Counted from the stretch's first letter, positions 1-9,736 are shown. The stretch: 64,000 nt of DNA from Desulfobacteraceae bacterium UBA5616 (GCA_002423615.1 DIKO01000049.1:40264-104263), one strand, 5' to 3'. A program made the numbers and translations. Notes: generated by a model not told the origin, from the letters alone.

Positions 1-500
1 AGGATGATTCTTCTTACCTTGGCTTTGGTCAGGGCTTCCACCGCCATGGCCATGGCCAGATATGTCTTCCCCGTACCAGCCGGACCGATGCCGAATACCA
101 TGTCATGGTTTCTGATGGCATCTATATAGTTTTTCTGGGAGAGACCTCTGGGCGAAATGGCACGCTTGGTTGAAGTGACGAAAACCGTGTCCAGAAAAAT
201 ATTTTTAAGGTTGGCCTGGTTATCCTGGCTCAAAATTTTAATGGCATAATCCACATCCTGCGGATAAATGGGGTGTTTTTCCTTCAGAATGCCGTATAGC
301 TGAGTAAGTATGTTGCGGGCGAAATCCCTCCCCAACCTCTCGCCTTCTATGGAAAGTGTGTTTCCCCTGGCATGAATGGCCACATCCGCGGCTTTTTCGA
401 TGGTTTTCAAATTTTGCTGATGTTCCCCGAAAAGCTGTTTTGCCAGATCATTATCGGCAAAACTCAGCTGTGCCTTCTGGTTTTGTGAAACTTCTTCCAT
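1..500 (-). CDS. phoH: PhoH-like ATPase, 3' end cut by the window edge
   Basis: My translation of the minus strand from the ATG at 500..498 reads MEEVSQNQKAQLSFADNDL... and ends with ...AIRNHDMVFGIGPAGTGKTYLAMAMAVEALTKAKVRRII. GPAGTGKTYLA is the PhoH Walker A signature. The ORF runs off the window, so it is absent from the ORF track. Confidence 0.9.
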   Translation of the reverse strand, partial: MEEVSQNQKAQLSFADNDLAKQLFGEHQQNLKTIEKAADVAIHARGNTLSIEGERLGRDFARNILTQLYGILKEKHPIYPQDVDYAIKILSQDNQANLKNIFLDTVFVTSTKRAISPRGLSQKNYIDAIRNHDMVFGIGPAGTGKTYLAMAMAVEALTKAKVRRII

Positions 501-804
501 ACGATCGCCGACTCGCGTCGATATCCTTTTTTACGGTTAATGGGTAAGAGGTTGTTGTTGATTGGAAGCGACCTTCCAGCCCGTCAATTTATAAGCCTCC
601 ATTTTATATCACACAATGAAAATGGATAGCAAACAACAATTTCAGCTGAAAATGCACCCGGGAAAAACACCTTGACTAAAACGACAGGGCTTTGTTAGGT
701 AAGGTCCATTCCATGCCGCTGTCTTGAAACAGGACAAAAGTTAAGGTTAAGGTTTCTATAAAATATATTAATTATTTATATTAAAAACGAAAATTGAGGG
801 CGAT

Positions 805-1332
805 ATGAATCCGCTGGATATCATTATCATGGTGATTCTGGGTTTTTGTCTGATCCGGGGCATCTTCAGGGGGCTGATCAAGGAAGTCTCCTCCATCGTC
901 GGTGTATTGGCCGGGTTCTATTTCGCCTATTCCTATTATCGCCCCGTTGCCGATCTGCTGTCGGAATGGATTTCCAATACGGGATATCGAAATATCCTGG
1001 GATTCATGATTATTTTCTTTGCCGTGGCCATCCTGGTTGCAGCGGTTGCCGTCATCATCAAATATGTTCTGAAGATTGCTTCCCTCGGATGGTTCGACAG
1101 GATCTGCGGCACAATTTTCGCCCTGGTCAAGGGCGTTCTCATCGTTTCCGTGGTCATCCTGATCCTGACCACCTTTCTGCCCAAGGGGTCCCCTTTTATC
1201 AGGAATTCGCTGCTGGCGCCGCATGTGATGCTGATATCCGAGAAAATGATCAAAATCGTGCCACCGGAGATGAAACAACAGTTTGCCGACAAGTTTATAG
1301 AATTAAAAAAATCCTGGAAATCGAAACAATAG
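805..1332 (+). CDS. cvpA: CvpA family membrane protein (colicin V production protein-like)
   Basis: 175 aa and strongly hydrophobic. The N-terminus MNPLDIIIMVILGFCLIRGIFRGLIKEV is typical of CvpA. A GAGGG RBS lies upstream. Confidence 0.85.
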   Translation: MNPLDIIIMVILGFCLIRGIFRGLIKEVSSIVGVLAGFYFAYSYYRPVADLLSEWISNTGYRNILGFMIIFFAVAILVAAVAVIIKYVLKIASLGWFDRICGTIFALVKGVLIVSVVILILTTFLPKGSPFIRNSLLAPHVMLISEKMIKIVPPEMKQQFADKFIELKKSWKSKQ

Positions 1333-1341
1333 ATAATTGAA

Positions 1342-2139
1342 ATGCCCATAGATCAAATTGACCGGCTGATTCGCCTGATTGAAACCCTCAGGGGGGAGGA
1401 GGGTTGCCCCTGGGATAAGCAGCAGACCTCACGGTCCATGGCCGTTTATCTGGTGGAAGAAGTTTATGAACTCGTGGATGCCATAGAATCCGGAAACATC
1501 GCGGAGATCTGTGAGGAACTCGGCGACGTTCTTTTTCAAATACTGTTTATCGCCTGCATTTATCAGGAAAAGGGAGATTTCACCCTCGGCGATGCAGCTA
1601 GAGAAAGCCGCGAAAAAATGATCCGGCGTCATCCCCACGTGTTCGGGGATGAAAACCTTGAGGATGCGGAACAGGTCCGGCGGCAGTGGCGTCGGATCAA
1701 GAAAGAGGAGCAGGGGAAAGCCGAAAAGTCTTCCATCCTGGATTCGATACCCCGTAAACTGCCTGCCCTGATGCGCGCCTACCGGATTTCCGAACGGGCC
1801 GGGGGAAAAGGGTTTGACTGGGACGATATCCATGGGGTTGTTGAAAAGACCGAAGAGGAGTGGACGGAATTTAAACACGAGCTGGAGCGGCAGCAGGCCC
1901 ATGGCAATAACAGGGAACGGCTCGCTATGGAGTTCGGAGACGTGTTGTTCACTCTGGTCAATGTCGCCCGGTTTGCCCGTTTTCATCCCGAAACCGCCTT
2001 GACCGACGCCACCCGGAAATTTGAAATGCGGTTTCGGCATATGGAAAAAATGATTCAACAGAGAGGTCAGGGCATCGACACTGTTGAAAGATGCGAACTG
2101 GAACGATTGTGGGCGGTCTCTAAAAACGAGCTGGGTTAG
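1342..2139 (+). CDS. mazG: Nucleoside triphosphate pyrophosphohydrolase MazG
   Basis: Contains EEGCPWDKQQT...YLVEEVYELVDAIE and a second EEWTEFK...EFGDVLFTLVNVAR repeat. This is the tandem MazG-domain architecture. Confidence 0.9.
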   Translation: MPIDQIDRLIRLIETLRGEEGCPWDKQQTSRSMAVYLVEEVYELVDAIESGNIAEICEELGDVLFQILFIACIYQEKGDFTLGDAARESREKMIRRHPHVFGDENLEDAEQVRRQWRRIKKEEQGKAEKSSILDSIPRKLPALMRAYRISERAGGKGFDWDDIHGVVEKTEEEWTEFKHELERQQAHGNNRERLAMEFGDVLFTLVNVARFARFHPETALTDATRKFEMRFRHMEKMIQQRGQGIDTVERCELERLWAVSKNELG

Positions 2140-2164
2140 TTCGGGGTGTTACGCTTTTACGGGG

Positions 2165-2719
2165 TCATCGTTGTTTGAATTTACCGTAAAAATGGCTGAC
2201 AAACTGCCGGTGGCTGTCAAAAGCGATGGGAGGGCGTTCATGTGTGCTGAACCAACCCGCATCGGCAGCATCGTCTCCGGCAATGAGGTTCCCTGAAAAA
2301 CACCTTACCAGGTAGCCGACCATCAGGATCGTGCTGTACTGTGCGCTTGGATTGGAGGATACTCCCAGCAAATGCTCGACTGCGCCGGTGAGACCGGTTT
2401 CTTCCTTAAGTTCCCGTAATGCCGACTCACGGGGCCCTTCGTTCAGTTCGATAAATCCGCCGGGAAGGCACCATTCGCCGATTTTCGGGGCTACGCTTCG
2501 CTTGACAAGCAGGAGGCGGTCCTGTTCGTCAATAACCACCACACAGGTGGCGGGAACCGGATTTTGATAGATCGGAATGTCGCAGGCCTCGCAATAAAGC
2601 CGGCTGCGTCCTTCGATAAATTTTTGGGTCAGGCCGTATCCGCAAAAATGGCAATGGGAAATCGGCCTGATGAAAGACAGAATATCAGTCGTCAAAATTA
2701 CCGGATCCTCCTTTATCAC
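2165..2719 (-). CDS. Nudix hydrolase with N-terminal zinc ribbon (NudC-like)
   Basis: Nudix box GGFIELNEGPRESALRELKEETGL, preceded by CHFCGY...CEAC. The track ORF extends to 2833 but would overlap the aldolase 3' end by about 150 nt. In-frame GTG (2719) or TTG (2695, preceded by AAGGAGG) are more plausible starts. The start is uncertain. Confidence 0.75.
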   Translation of the reverse strand: MIKEDPVILTTDILSFIRPISHCHFCGYGLTQKFIEGRSRLYCEACDIPIYQNPVPATCVVVIDEQDRLLLVKRSVAPKIGEWCLPGGFIELNEGPRESALRELKEETGLTGAVEHLLGVSSNPSAQYSTILMVGYLVRCFSGNLIAGDDAADAGWFSTHERPPIAFDSHRQFVSHFYGKFKQR

Positions 2720-3974
2720 CGGCAATCCCGGCTCCGCGACGGGTGATTTTTTCAGGGGTCCAATCGTTTGGGTCCTCGATGCGTTCCGCCTTTGGTCCGG
2801 GATCAAAACTTCGCGTTTCCAGAATTTTTTCAATAACCAAGGGGGCCGAATCTTGCGCGTTAAAGACGTTTGTCAGCATGTGGTATACAAAGTCTTCCAC
2901 ACGGCCGGCCATCCTTTCCCGGATTTCCCTGGGTTGACCCAAGAACTTGTTTTCAAAAACGATGTTTAATTTTTTGTAATCCCCGGCTTTTAATCCCTTA
3001 TCCGTTGCATATCGGATTATCTCGGCCCATAAAGTTTCGGTTACTCCCTGTCCGGGGACTTTGATGAAAGACCCGGTTTCATCGAGTATGGCATTACCGT
3101 AGTCGTTGACTTCAAGGCCCCATGAAATCATCTGCAGGGCTGTTGCCACGTTTGCCTTGGTGGTGCGGGTTTTTTCCGCGATTTCTCTCAATCGCTGGGA
3201 ACTGTTTCCCGATGTTCCGTGCTGGGCTCCCGACACTTTGTATTTCGCCAGGGCTTTGTGGATATCGGCGGTCAGGTCAACCTGGATACCCTCGTCGCTG
3301 GCCTCGATACCGTGGGTTGTCCCGTTGTTCAGGGCGATCCAGTTGGGAAAAATGCCATGGGCGTTTAATCCCTGTATTAAAAAAAGAGCTTCATCAACGG
3401 TAGAAAGACCGGATTTTCCCTTAATTTCACCAACTTCAGTCTCAAGACCGGCCCATTTGGGAACAAGGGGCGCAAGTTCTAAGCTTGAAAGAAGATTCTG
3501 ATCATCCGGGAGATGAGATGCATCGATGGCAATGCTGGTGATGCCGGCTTCGAACATGGAGGGAATTTCAACTTTTGCCGTTTCAACATCCTTGCGGTTT
3601 TTAATACCGTAATGATCCGCATGAACCGCTACAGGCACCGTGATGTGGAGTTCATTGCACAAGGCATCCACTATTCTGGCCATATTCCAGTAATTGACCG
3701 CGCAGTAGGCGTTGGCGCCGCCTTCGGATTTTGCAATTTCGATGATGATGCAGGAATTGGCCTTCTGTGCCGCGAGGAGTGCGCCGCGGATAATGAAATA
3801 ACTTCTGCCGTTCGCCGCAATCGAAATAGCGTTTCCTTTTTTTCTCATGGCCAGGTCAACGAATTTCCCGCTGACGATCAGGGCTTTTGAATTGGGAAAC
3901 AGAGATGAAATATTGGGGGGGCGACCAATGTCGAGAACCCGGTTGAAAGTTTTTGAATCGATTTGGTGCGACAT
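2685..3974 (-). CDS. fba: Class II (metal-dependent) fructose/ketose-bisphosphate aldolase family protein
   Basis: VPVAVHADHYG, IDASHL and GAQHGTSG motifs fit class II aldolases. The start is placed at MSHQ (ATG 3974), directly after an AAGGAGG RBS, rather than at the track start 3995. Confidence 0.75.
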   Translation of the reverse strand: MSHQIDSKTFNRVLDIGRPPNISSLFPNSKALIVSGKFVDLAMRKKGNAISIAANGRSYFIIRGALLAAQKANSCIIIEIAKSEGGANAYCAVNYWNMARIVDALCNELHITVPVAVHADHYGIKNRKDVETAKVEIPSMFEAGITSIAIDASHLPDDQNLLSSLELAPLVPKWAGLETEVGEIKGKSGLSTVDEALFLIQGLNAHGIFPNWIALNNGTTHGIEASDEGIQVDLTADIHKALAKYKVSGAQHGTSGNSSQRLREIAEKTRTTKANVATALQMISWGLEVNDYGNAILDETGSFIKVPGQGVTETLWAEIIRYATDKGLKAGDYKKLNIVFENKFLGQPREIRERMAGRVEDFVYHMLTNVFNAQDSAPLVIEKILETRSFDPGPKAERIEDPNDWTPEKITRRGAGIAGDKGGSGNFDD

Positions 3975-4088
3975 GGCATAACCTCCTTTATTCAATCAAT
4001 CCGGTAAAGTCGATGTATCGCAGGGATTGTTTCGGATATCCGTGACGATATCCAGAATCTCCTGCCGATATTTTATCGGAGCCAGCAA

Positions 4089-4259
4089 TTACCCGTAACC
4101 TTTTTGAAATTGATACAGGCCGTTATAGGCGGTATCGTGGAAAGAGCGAATATGATGGGGAATGTTATTTTCGGTCAGAAGGGATTCCACCAGATTGGCC
4201 TCGATAACATCTTCAATCTGAACGATTTTGACATATGTCGTCTCAAGAAATTGGTTCAT
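4089..4259 (-). CDS. Possible 56-aa small protein (hypothetical)
   Basis: My own translation gives MNQFLETTYVKIVQIEDVIEANLVESLLTENNIPHHIRSFHDTAYNGLYQFQKGYG. It is below the track length cutoff. No family was recognised and no clear RBS was seen. Confidence 0.2.
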   Translation of the reverse strand: MNQFLETTYVKIVQIEDVIEANLVESLLTENNIPHHIRSFHDTAYNGLYQFQKGYG

Positions 4260-4505
4260 CCTGGCTTTTCGAGTGACACGGGTTACAAGGCCCCCATAAC
4301 CTTCCGGAGAGACCGGTGGAAATCCGTTTGAACATCATGGGTTCTTATATATCCTTTGGAAGGATCGGCTGTCAAGAACCGATGGCGAAAGAGCGGATGT
4401 TAAAATAAGTTGTTAAACCGGAAACAAATATTGTATAAAAAAAGCTTAATTTCATATCGATTGGGGCAAAAAAGGAAAACAAAATTATTGGCTTCGGATG
4501 ATTTT

Positions 4506-6371
4506 ATGAAAAAGAAAAGTGTTGTCATCATCTTTTTATTGATTTGGGGCGCGATTGCAAGCCTGTATGGCTGCGCCCCGAAAGTGGTTCTCGAACCGAT
4601 TCCGATGGAATCGCCGCACGACCTTTTTACAAAGGCTGAAAAATCATTTGAAACAGGAGCCTATGCCGAAGCATGGGCACAGTACGAGTCCTATCTGAAT
4701 AAGTTTCCCGATTCCCCCATGGCACCCGGGGCACTCATGAAAATGGGAAAAATAAAGGCATGGCAGGGGGATTATGAAACCGCCCGGATCTATTTCGAAA
4801 GAATTTTAACCGAATATCCGGATACGGTCTTTTTTTCCGATGCCGGCGTCGAAGTTCTCGAAATGCTGTTTGCGCAGGGCCGGTTCTCGGACTTGATTCA
4901 TCGCGCAACAGATCTTCCCAAAGAAAGAATGAACCGTATCCAGGAGGTCAGGGTTTCCATCCTGGTCGGGGACTCCTTTCTTTCCATGGATCTTCCCATG
5001 GAAGCCGTATATTCCTATATGCATGGTTATGAACGGGCTTCCACAACGGAACGGGAGACAATTGAAACAAAGATCCGGACGGCGCTCTCGAAGTTGAGTG
5101 AGACCCAGACCCGGGAACTTGCCGACAGGCTTAAAGATCCGGCCCTTCGAGCTCTGGTGGAAGGACCTCGGAAAACGACGGCGTTCAACCGCGAAATTAT
5201 CGGCTGCCTGTTGCCTCTTTCCGGTCAGTACAAGGAGTTCGGTCAGAGGGCCCTTAGAGGAATTGAGCTTGCCATGCACCAGTTCGGGTCACGTGGGACG
5301 ACGCAGTATAAAATGATCGTCAAGGATGCCCAGTCCGAATCGAGTTCTTCCGTCAAGGGGGTTCAGGAACTTTTCGATGAAAACGCTTCCTGTATTATCG
5401 GGCCCATGGTGGAGCCTGTCCCGGCGGTGAAGAAGGCCCAGGAACTTCAGATACCCATTGTCGCCCTTTCGCAGAAGGAGGGGATTCCGGAAACAGGGGA
5501 TTATGTTTTTCGTAATTTCATCACTCCCGAAATGCAGGTGAATACCCTGGTATCCTATGCCATGAACGAACTGGGGGCCGACCGTTTTATCGTCCTTTAT
5601 CCCAGGGAAAAGTACGGTACGACCTTTATGAACCTTTTCTGGGAAGAAGTGGTGAAGCAGAATGGGCAGATGGTGGGCTCAGAACCCTACAATCCCGGTC
5701 AGACGGATTTTGAAGATTCGCTGAAAAGATTGGAGAACCTGTTCCGCTATGCCCCAAGGGGTCTGGATTCAACGGAAGCCGCATCAGTGGGAAGGGGTAT
5801 CACGGCGAACACGGGCAGGGGATATGAAGGATTTTCCAATGATGGTGATTCCGAGCATATTCAATACGATAAAGACGGAAACGCTTTTGTTGTTCGTCCT
5901 TCCGACGTGCTTTTCATCCCCGATTCATCGAAGTTTGCAGGCCTGATCATTCCCCAGCTGGCCTACCACGATGTGAATAACGTCATCATTATGGGCACCA
6001 ACCTCTGGCATTCCGATGAATTGATCAAGATGGCCGGTCCCTATGCCCAGGGTGCGTTGATCACCGATGGATTTTTCGAACAAAGCCAGTCATTGCAGGT
6101 AAGGGAATTCGTTGATGCTTTTGAGCGCATATACGGTTCAAAACCCGGTTTCTTCGAAGCGATTGCGTACGATACCGCGATGATGCTCTTTAAGGTACTT
6201 TCAAATCCGGGCATTCGTAACCGTCAGGATATCCGGGATAATCTTCAGAAAATGCCTCATTACAACGGTGTAACCGGCAAAACCGCCTTCAAGGAGAATG
6301 GGGATGTGGAAAAAGAGCTGTTTCTGCTTGAGCTGAGAAACGATAAATTTATTGAAATCAGATCATTCTGA
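4506..6371 (+). CDS. Lipoprotein with N-terminal TPR region fused to a type-1 periplasmic-binding domain (LpoA-like / Leu-Ile-Val-binding fold)
   Basis: MKKKSVVIIFLLIWGAIASLYGC is a lipobox signal peptide. TPR-like helices follow (YAEAWAQYESYLNKFPDSP), then a PBP1-like C-terminal half (IIGPMVEPV..., GTNLWHS...). The start is placed at the internal ATG 4506. Confidence 0.65.
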   Translation: MKKKSVVIIFLLIWGAIASLYGCAPKVVLEPIPMESPHDLFTKAEKSFETGAYAEAWAQYESYLNKFPDSPMAPGALMKMGKIKAWQGDYETARIYFERILTEYPDTVFFSDAGVEVLEMLFAQGRFSDLIHRATDLPKERMNRIQEVRVSILVGDSFLSMDLPMEAVYSYMHGYERASTTERETIETKIRTALSKLSETQTRELADRLKDPALRALVEGPRKTTAFNREIIGCLLPLSGQYKEFGQRALRGIELAMHQFGSRGTTQYKMIVKDAQSESSSSVKGVQELFDENASCIIGPMVEPVPAVKKAQELQIPIVALSQKEGIPETGDYVFRNFITPEMQVNTLVSYAMNELGADRFIVLYPREKYGTTFMNLFWEEVVKQNGQMVGSEPYNPGQTDFEDSLKRLENLFRYAPRGLDSTEAASVGRGITANTGRGYEGFSNDGDSEHIQYDKDGNAFVVRPSDVLFIPDSSKFAGLIIPQLAYHDVNNVIIMGTNLWHSDELIKMAGPYAQGALITDGFFEQSQSLQVREFVDAFERIYGSKPGFFEAIAYDTAMMLFKVLSNPGIRNRQDIRDNLQKMPHYNGVTGKTAFKENGDVEKELFLLELRNDKFIEIRSF

Positions 6372-6394
6372 GAAAGTAAGCCTTGTTCAGGGAC

Positions 6395-7690
6395 ATGCCC
6401 ATAGCCTATTTCGTCTATCGACACCTATCCAGCCTGATCTTTTGGATACTTCTGCCCATTTTTAAACTTTATGTTGCAGTCTGCGGGGAACCTTCAGGCA
6501 GCTTCAACCAGAGGGTGGGGGATTATAGCCGGGCGGTTTTAAAAAAATCGTCGGAGAAAAGAATTTGGATTCATGCCGCTTCCGTGGGGGAGGTGGGGGT
6601 TGCATCCGTTATCGTGGAAGAAATTCAGCGGCGGATGCCAGGCTTATCCATTGTTGTATCTACAACCACGCGTACCGGCCAAAAGATTGCCTCTGCGAGA
6701 CTGCCCCATTCCGTGGATTTGATTCATGCTCCGGTGGATTCGGTTTTTGCCGTAAGAAAAGCCCTGGGTCAGATCCGCCCGGATATCCTGGTGTTCGTGG
6801 AAACGGAAATCTGGCCCAACTGGATTATGGAAGCATCGGCCCGGGGAGTCAAAATCCTTTTGATCAACGGAAGGATTTCCGTCCGGTCCGAAAAAAAATA
6901 TCTGAAAATATCTTCTCTTTTAAGGCCGGTGTTAAACACTTTTTACGGCTTCAGCATGATCCATGAAGAGGATGCCGGTCGTATTTCAGCCATGGGCGCC
7001 CCCCGGGAAAAAATTTCCATAAACGGCAATGCCAAATATGACGGCCTGATTCGTGCCCAAAGGACGTTTTGCATAGACCAAGTCCGTAAAACCTATTCCC
7101 TGGACGGCGACCAAACGGTTTTTGTCGCCGGGAGTACCCGACAGAAAGAAGAAGGGCTGATTCTGGATGCGTATGAAAAAATCCTGGTTGAATTCCCGGA
7201 TACCGTTCTGTTTATAGTCCCCCGGCACATTGAACGGGCCCCCGACATCCTGCGGTTGACAATCGGCCGTGGTCATGCGGCCCGGTTGAGGAGCCGGTTT
7301 GACGGGAACAATCTGAAAAGAACTTCCCAAGTGGTGATTGTGGATACCATCGGCGAGCTTGCCGCCCTTTACGGGGCCGGGACCCTGGCTTTCTGCGGTG
7401 GAAGTCTCGTCCCTCTGGGAGGACAAAATCTTTTGGAAGCCGCTGTATGGGGCAGGCCGGTGTTTTACGGACCCCATATGGAAGACTTCCAGGAAGCCAG
7501 GGGTATTGTGGAATCTATTGTGGGGGATGCTTTCCTGGTTCGAACCAGCGAGGAGCTGGCGGAAAAATCCATAGATTACCTCAAAAACCCGGATAAACGG
7601 GAATCAGCAGGGAGAAGTGTTCGAGACGCCTTGCTGCGGCATCAGGGAGCTGCCGAAAAGTATGCCGAGCTCGTATGCAGGGCATTGTAG
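6395..7690 (+). CDS. waaA: 3-deoxy-D-manno-octulosonic acid (Kdo) transferase
   Basis: RIWIHAASVGEVGVA is the KdtA/WaaA hallmark, and a glycosyltransferase C-terminal half follows. The track start 6383 is a TTG; ATG 6395 is chosen, so the start is uncertain by 12 nt. Confidence 0.9.
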   Translation: MPIAYFVYRHLSSLIFWILLPIFKLYVAVCGEPSGSFNQRVGDYSRAVLKKSSEKRIWIHAASVGEVGVASVIVEEIQRRMPGLSIVVSTTTRTGQKIASARLPHSVDLIHAPVDSVFAVRKALGQIRPDILVFVETEIWPNWIMEASARGVKILLINGRISVRSEKKYLKISSLLRPVLNTFYGFSMIHEEDAGRISAMGAPREKISINGNAKYDGLIRAQRTFCIDQVRKTYSLDGDQTVFVAGSTRQKEEGLILDAYEKILVEFPDTVLFIVPRHIERAPDILRLTIGRGHAARLRSRFDGNNLKRTSQVVIVDTIGELAALYGAGTLAFCGGSLVPLGGQNLLEAAVWGRPVFYGPHMEDFQEARGIVESIVGDAFLVRTSEELAEKSIDYLKNPDKRESAGRSVRDALLRHQGAAEKYAELVCRAL

Positions 7691-7698
7691 CTCAATAA

Positions 7699-7896
7699 GG
7701 GTTTCCGGATCTCAATCAGGAAGGGGGTCGACATGATGGGCAGGTTTGGATCGATATGCTCGATCACCGCAACATCCTGTCCCATACCTATGATTCGGAT
7801 CCCTTCGAGAAGGCTGTCCTGTTCATCCGGGACCGGTATTTTCCGGCATTGACTGGTCTTCATGAATGGTTGATGAAAAGGGAGCGGGAGTCATGA
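7699..7896 (+). pseudogene. Remnant (C-terminal about 50 aa only) of an HI0074-type HEPN nucleotidyltransferase-substrate-binding protein
   Basis: The frame reads ...WIDMLDHRNILSHTYDSDPFEKAVLFIRDRYFPALTGLHEWLMKRERES*. The RNxxSHTYD motif is the HEPN RX4-6H signature of this family. The frame opens right after a stop at 7696-7698, with no start codon and no N-terminal half. Confidence 0.6.
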
Positions 7897-7997
7897 CGGG
7901 ACGCATGTCCCATTCGGGACTTACCGAACACGAATGGAATCTCATCGAGGAAGTATTGTCCCGGCACAAGGAGGTTTCCGGGGGTGTTCTCTTCTAA
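7893..7997 (+). pseudogene. Truncated N-terminus (34 codons) of a cognate MNT-type nucleotidyltransferase
   Basis: MTGRMSHSGLTEHEWNLIEEVLSRHKEVSGGVLF* overlaps the HEPN stop by ATGA. It ends exactly where the GSRARG catalytic motif should begin. Confidence 0.45.
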
Positions 7998-8028
7998 TCC
8001 AGTGAAAGAGGTTTTAAGGAGGTTCATT

Positions 8029-8541
8029 TCAGGGCAAACCCGTCTTGTTTATTTTTTCTACCATGTTCAGGCAGGAGGTTTTGAATTCCTCATATTGGCT
8101 TCCCTTCATATCCCCGGTCAGTATCCATTCCAGGGCGTAGTGAACCCCCAGATAATCGTAGGCCATGACCCCATGCCGGTCACGGAGCCATTCAATGCCT
8201 TGTCTGCAAAAGAAACTGAGGCAAATCGGGCTTTTGTGGGTTTTCAGCATGCATCCCGCCAGGGTATGGTATTCACAGGGGCTGATTCTTTTGATACGGG
8301 ACAGTGTTTCAGGAGAGCCGAAAAGCAGTTCCCTGCGGGTTTTCAGCAGTTCAAAAGCAGGGTGATCCAGATCGTATTTTTGATAATAGCGGTCCACACA
8401 GCATCCCGGATTCGGGAATTTCTCGTGATCCGGCTCCAGGATGCAGTGTTTGACGCAATAATCCGTTTCTCTGAACAGTTCGTTCAGGATAGACTCGATT
8501 TCAAGATATTTATGAAGGTTCTCCTCGAAAATGCCCTGCAT
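8029..8541 (-). CDS. Cysteine-rich hypothetical protein (170 aa), last gene of the ACAD operon
   Basis: The ORF lies 31 nt downstream of the ACAD stop. It has about 10 Cys, including CVKHC, GCC, SPCEY, AGC and ICLSFFC. No family was recognised. Confidence 0.5.
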   Translation of the reverse strand: MQGIFEENLHKYLEIESILNELFRETDYCVKHCILEPDHEKFPNPGCCVDRYYQKYDLDHPAFELLKTRRELLFGSPETLSRIKRISPCEYHTLAGCMLKTHKSPICLSFFCRQGIEWLRDRHGVMAYDYLGVHYALEWILTGDMKGSQYEEFKTSCLNMVEKINKTGLP

Positions 8542-8572
8542 CTCAAACCTGAACCACCCGAAATTTCCCTGT

Positions 8573-9706
8573 TTACAAACCCAGGGCTTGCGCCACTTTT
8601 TCCAGGTGATAAGCCGGGTCCCCGAAGAAGACCTCGCCGGCCTTGGCCTTGCGATAATAAAGGTGTAGATTCATCTCTTCGCAAAAACCGATGGCCCCAT
8701 GAATTTGATGGGCCAGGGTGGTTACCTGCCGGGCCGCTGTTCCGGTCCAGGCCTTGCACATGGAGGCATCTTTCCGGAAGGGCAGGTCCCGGGCGATTTT
8801 CCAGGCTGCCTGATAGGTGATGAATCGTGCTCCGTCCACATCCAGAACCATGTTGGCCAGGTGATGCTGGACAGCCTGGAAACTGCCGATGGGCCGGTTG
8901 AACTGATTGCGTTCCTTGGCGTAAGTAACGGACATGTCAAAGGCGGTCTGGAGGCAACCCACCAGTTCGGCACACTTGGCAACGACGGCCCGGGCCTGTA
9001 TCGATTCCAGGATTTCGAATGCGCCGTCAACCGGCCCCAGGACGTCATTTCCGGAAACCCGGACATGGTCCAGAACGACTTCGCATTGATGGTCATGGGC
9101 CAGTGTCTGGATGCGGTTGACCCGGATACCGGGATTCTTGCCGTTTACGATGAACAGGGTGAGGCCGTTTTTATCCCCGGGGTTTCCTCCGGTCCGGGCC
9201 GCGCAGATGATCTTGTCAGCAACATGGGCATTTTCAACGAACAACTTGGTACCGGTGAGAACGTAACCGTCCGTATCGGGAGCCGCTTCCATGGCGATGT
9301 GGACCGGATCAAAATATTGGCCGGGCTCGGTCAGGGCGAACGCCGTCAGCAAATTGCCGTCCGCGATCCCGGGCAAAAGCGCTTTTTTCTGGTTTTCGTT
9401 TCCAGCCAGGAGGATGGGCATGGCGCCCAGTACGATCGTTGAGAAAAACGGGCTTGGGCAGTTTACTTCGCCCATGGCCTCCAGCAGGATGGAAAGCTCG
9501 ATGAAATCGCCGCCGATCCCGTTAAACGACTCGGGAATCATAACCCCTGTCCAGCCCAGTCCGGCCATTTTTTTCCACATCCGGGGGAGGTACCCTTTTT
9601 CGTCGGATTTTAATTCCCTCAAAAGGGAAGGGGGACATTCTTTTTTCAGAAAATCACGGGCCGATTGTTTTAATATTTTTTGCTCTTGGGTGAGATCAAA
9701 ATCCAT
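8573..9706 (-). CDS. Acyl-CoA dehydrogenase family protein, small/beta-type member of a pair
   Basis: ACAD fold (TEPG, GxK.FV.NA). The C-terminus ends ...YHLEKVAQALGL and lacks the GxSEIQRN motif. It is a close paralog of 51197..52333. Confidence 0.9.
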   Translation of the reverse strand: MDFDLTQEQKILKQSARDFLKKECPPSLLRELKSDEKGYLPRMWKKMAGLGWTGVMIPESFNGIGGDFIELSILLEAMGEVNCPSPFFSTIVLGAMPILLAGNENQKKALLPGIADGNLLTAFALTEPGQYFDPVHIAMEAAPDTDGYVLTGTKLFVENAHVADKIICAARTGGNPGDKNGLTLFIVNGKNPGIRVNRIQTLAHDHQCEVVLDHVRVSGNDVLGPVDGAFEILESIQARAVVAKCAELVGCLQTAFDMSVTYAKERNQFNRPIGSFQAVQHHLANMVLDVDGARFITYQAAWKIARDLPFRKDASMCKAWTGTAARQVTTLAHQIHGAIGFCEEMNLHLYYRKAKAGEVFFGDPAYHLEKVAQALGL

Positions 9707-9736
9707 TTCAGATTCCTTTTCTGTGCTTGTAGAAGG

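Noticed and set aside
673-710. TTGACT-N17/18-TAGGTA as a sigma70 promoter for cvpA
   Set aside because: The -10 hexamer matches the consensus at only 2-3 positions, so this cannot be supported from sequence alone.
4104-4331. 75-aa plus-strand ORF
   Set aside because: No RBS or motif was seen. It is antisense to a slightly more plausible 56-aa ORF, which is itself only low-confidence.
7642-7863. 73-aa minus-strand ORF in the waaA-downstream spacer
   Set aside because: It overlaps the waaA 3' end and is antisense to the frame with the clear HEPN RNxxSHTYD motif. It has no recognisable features.
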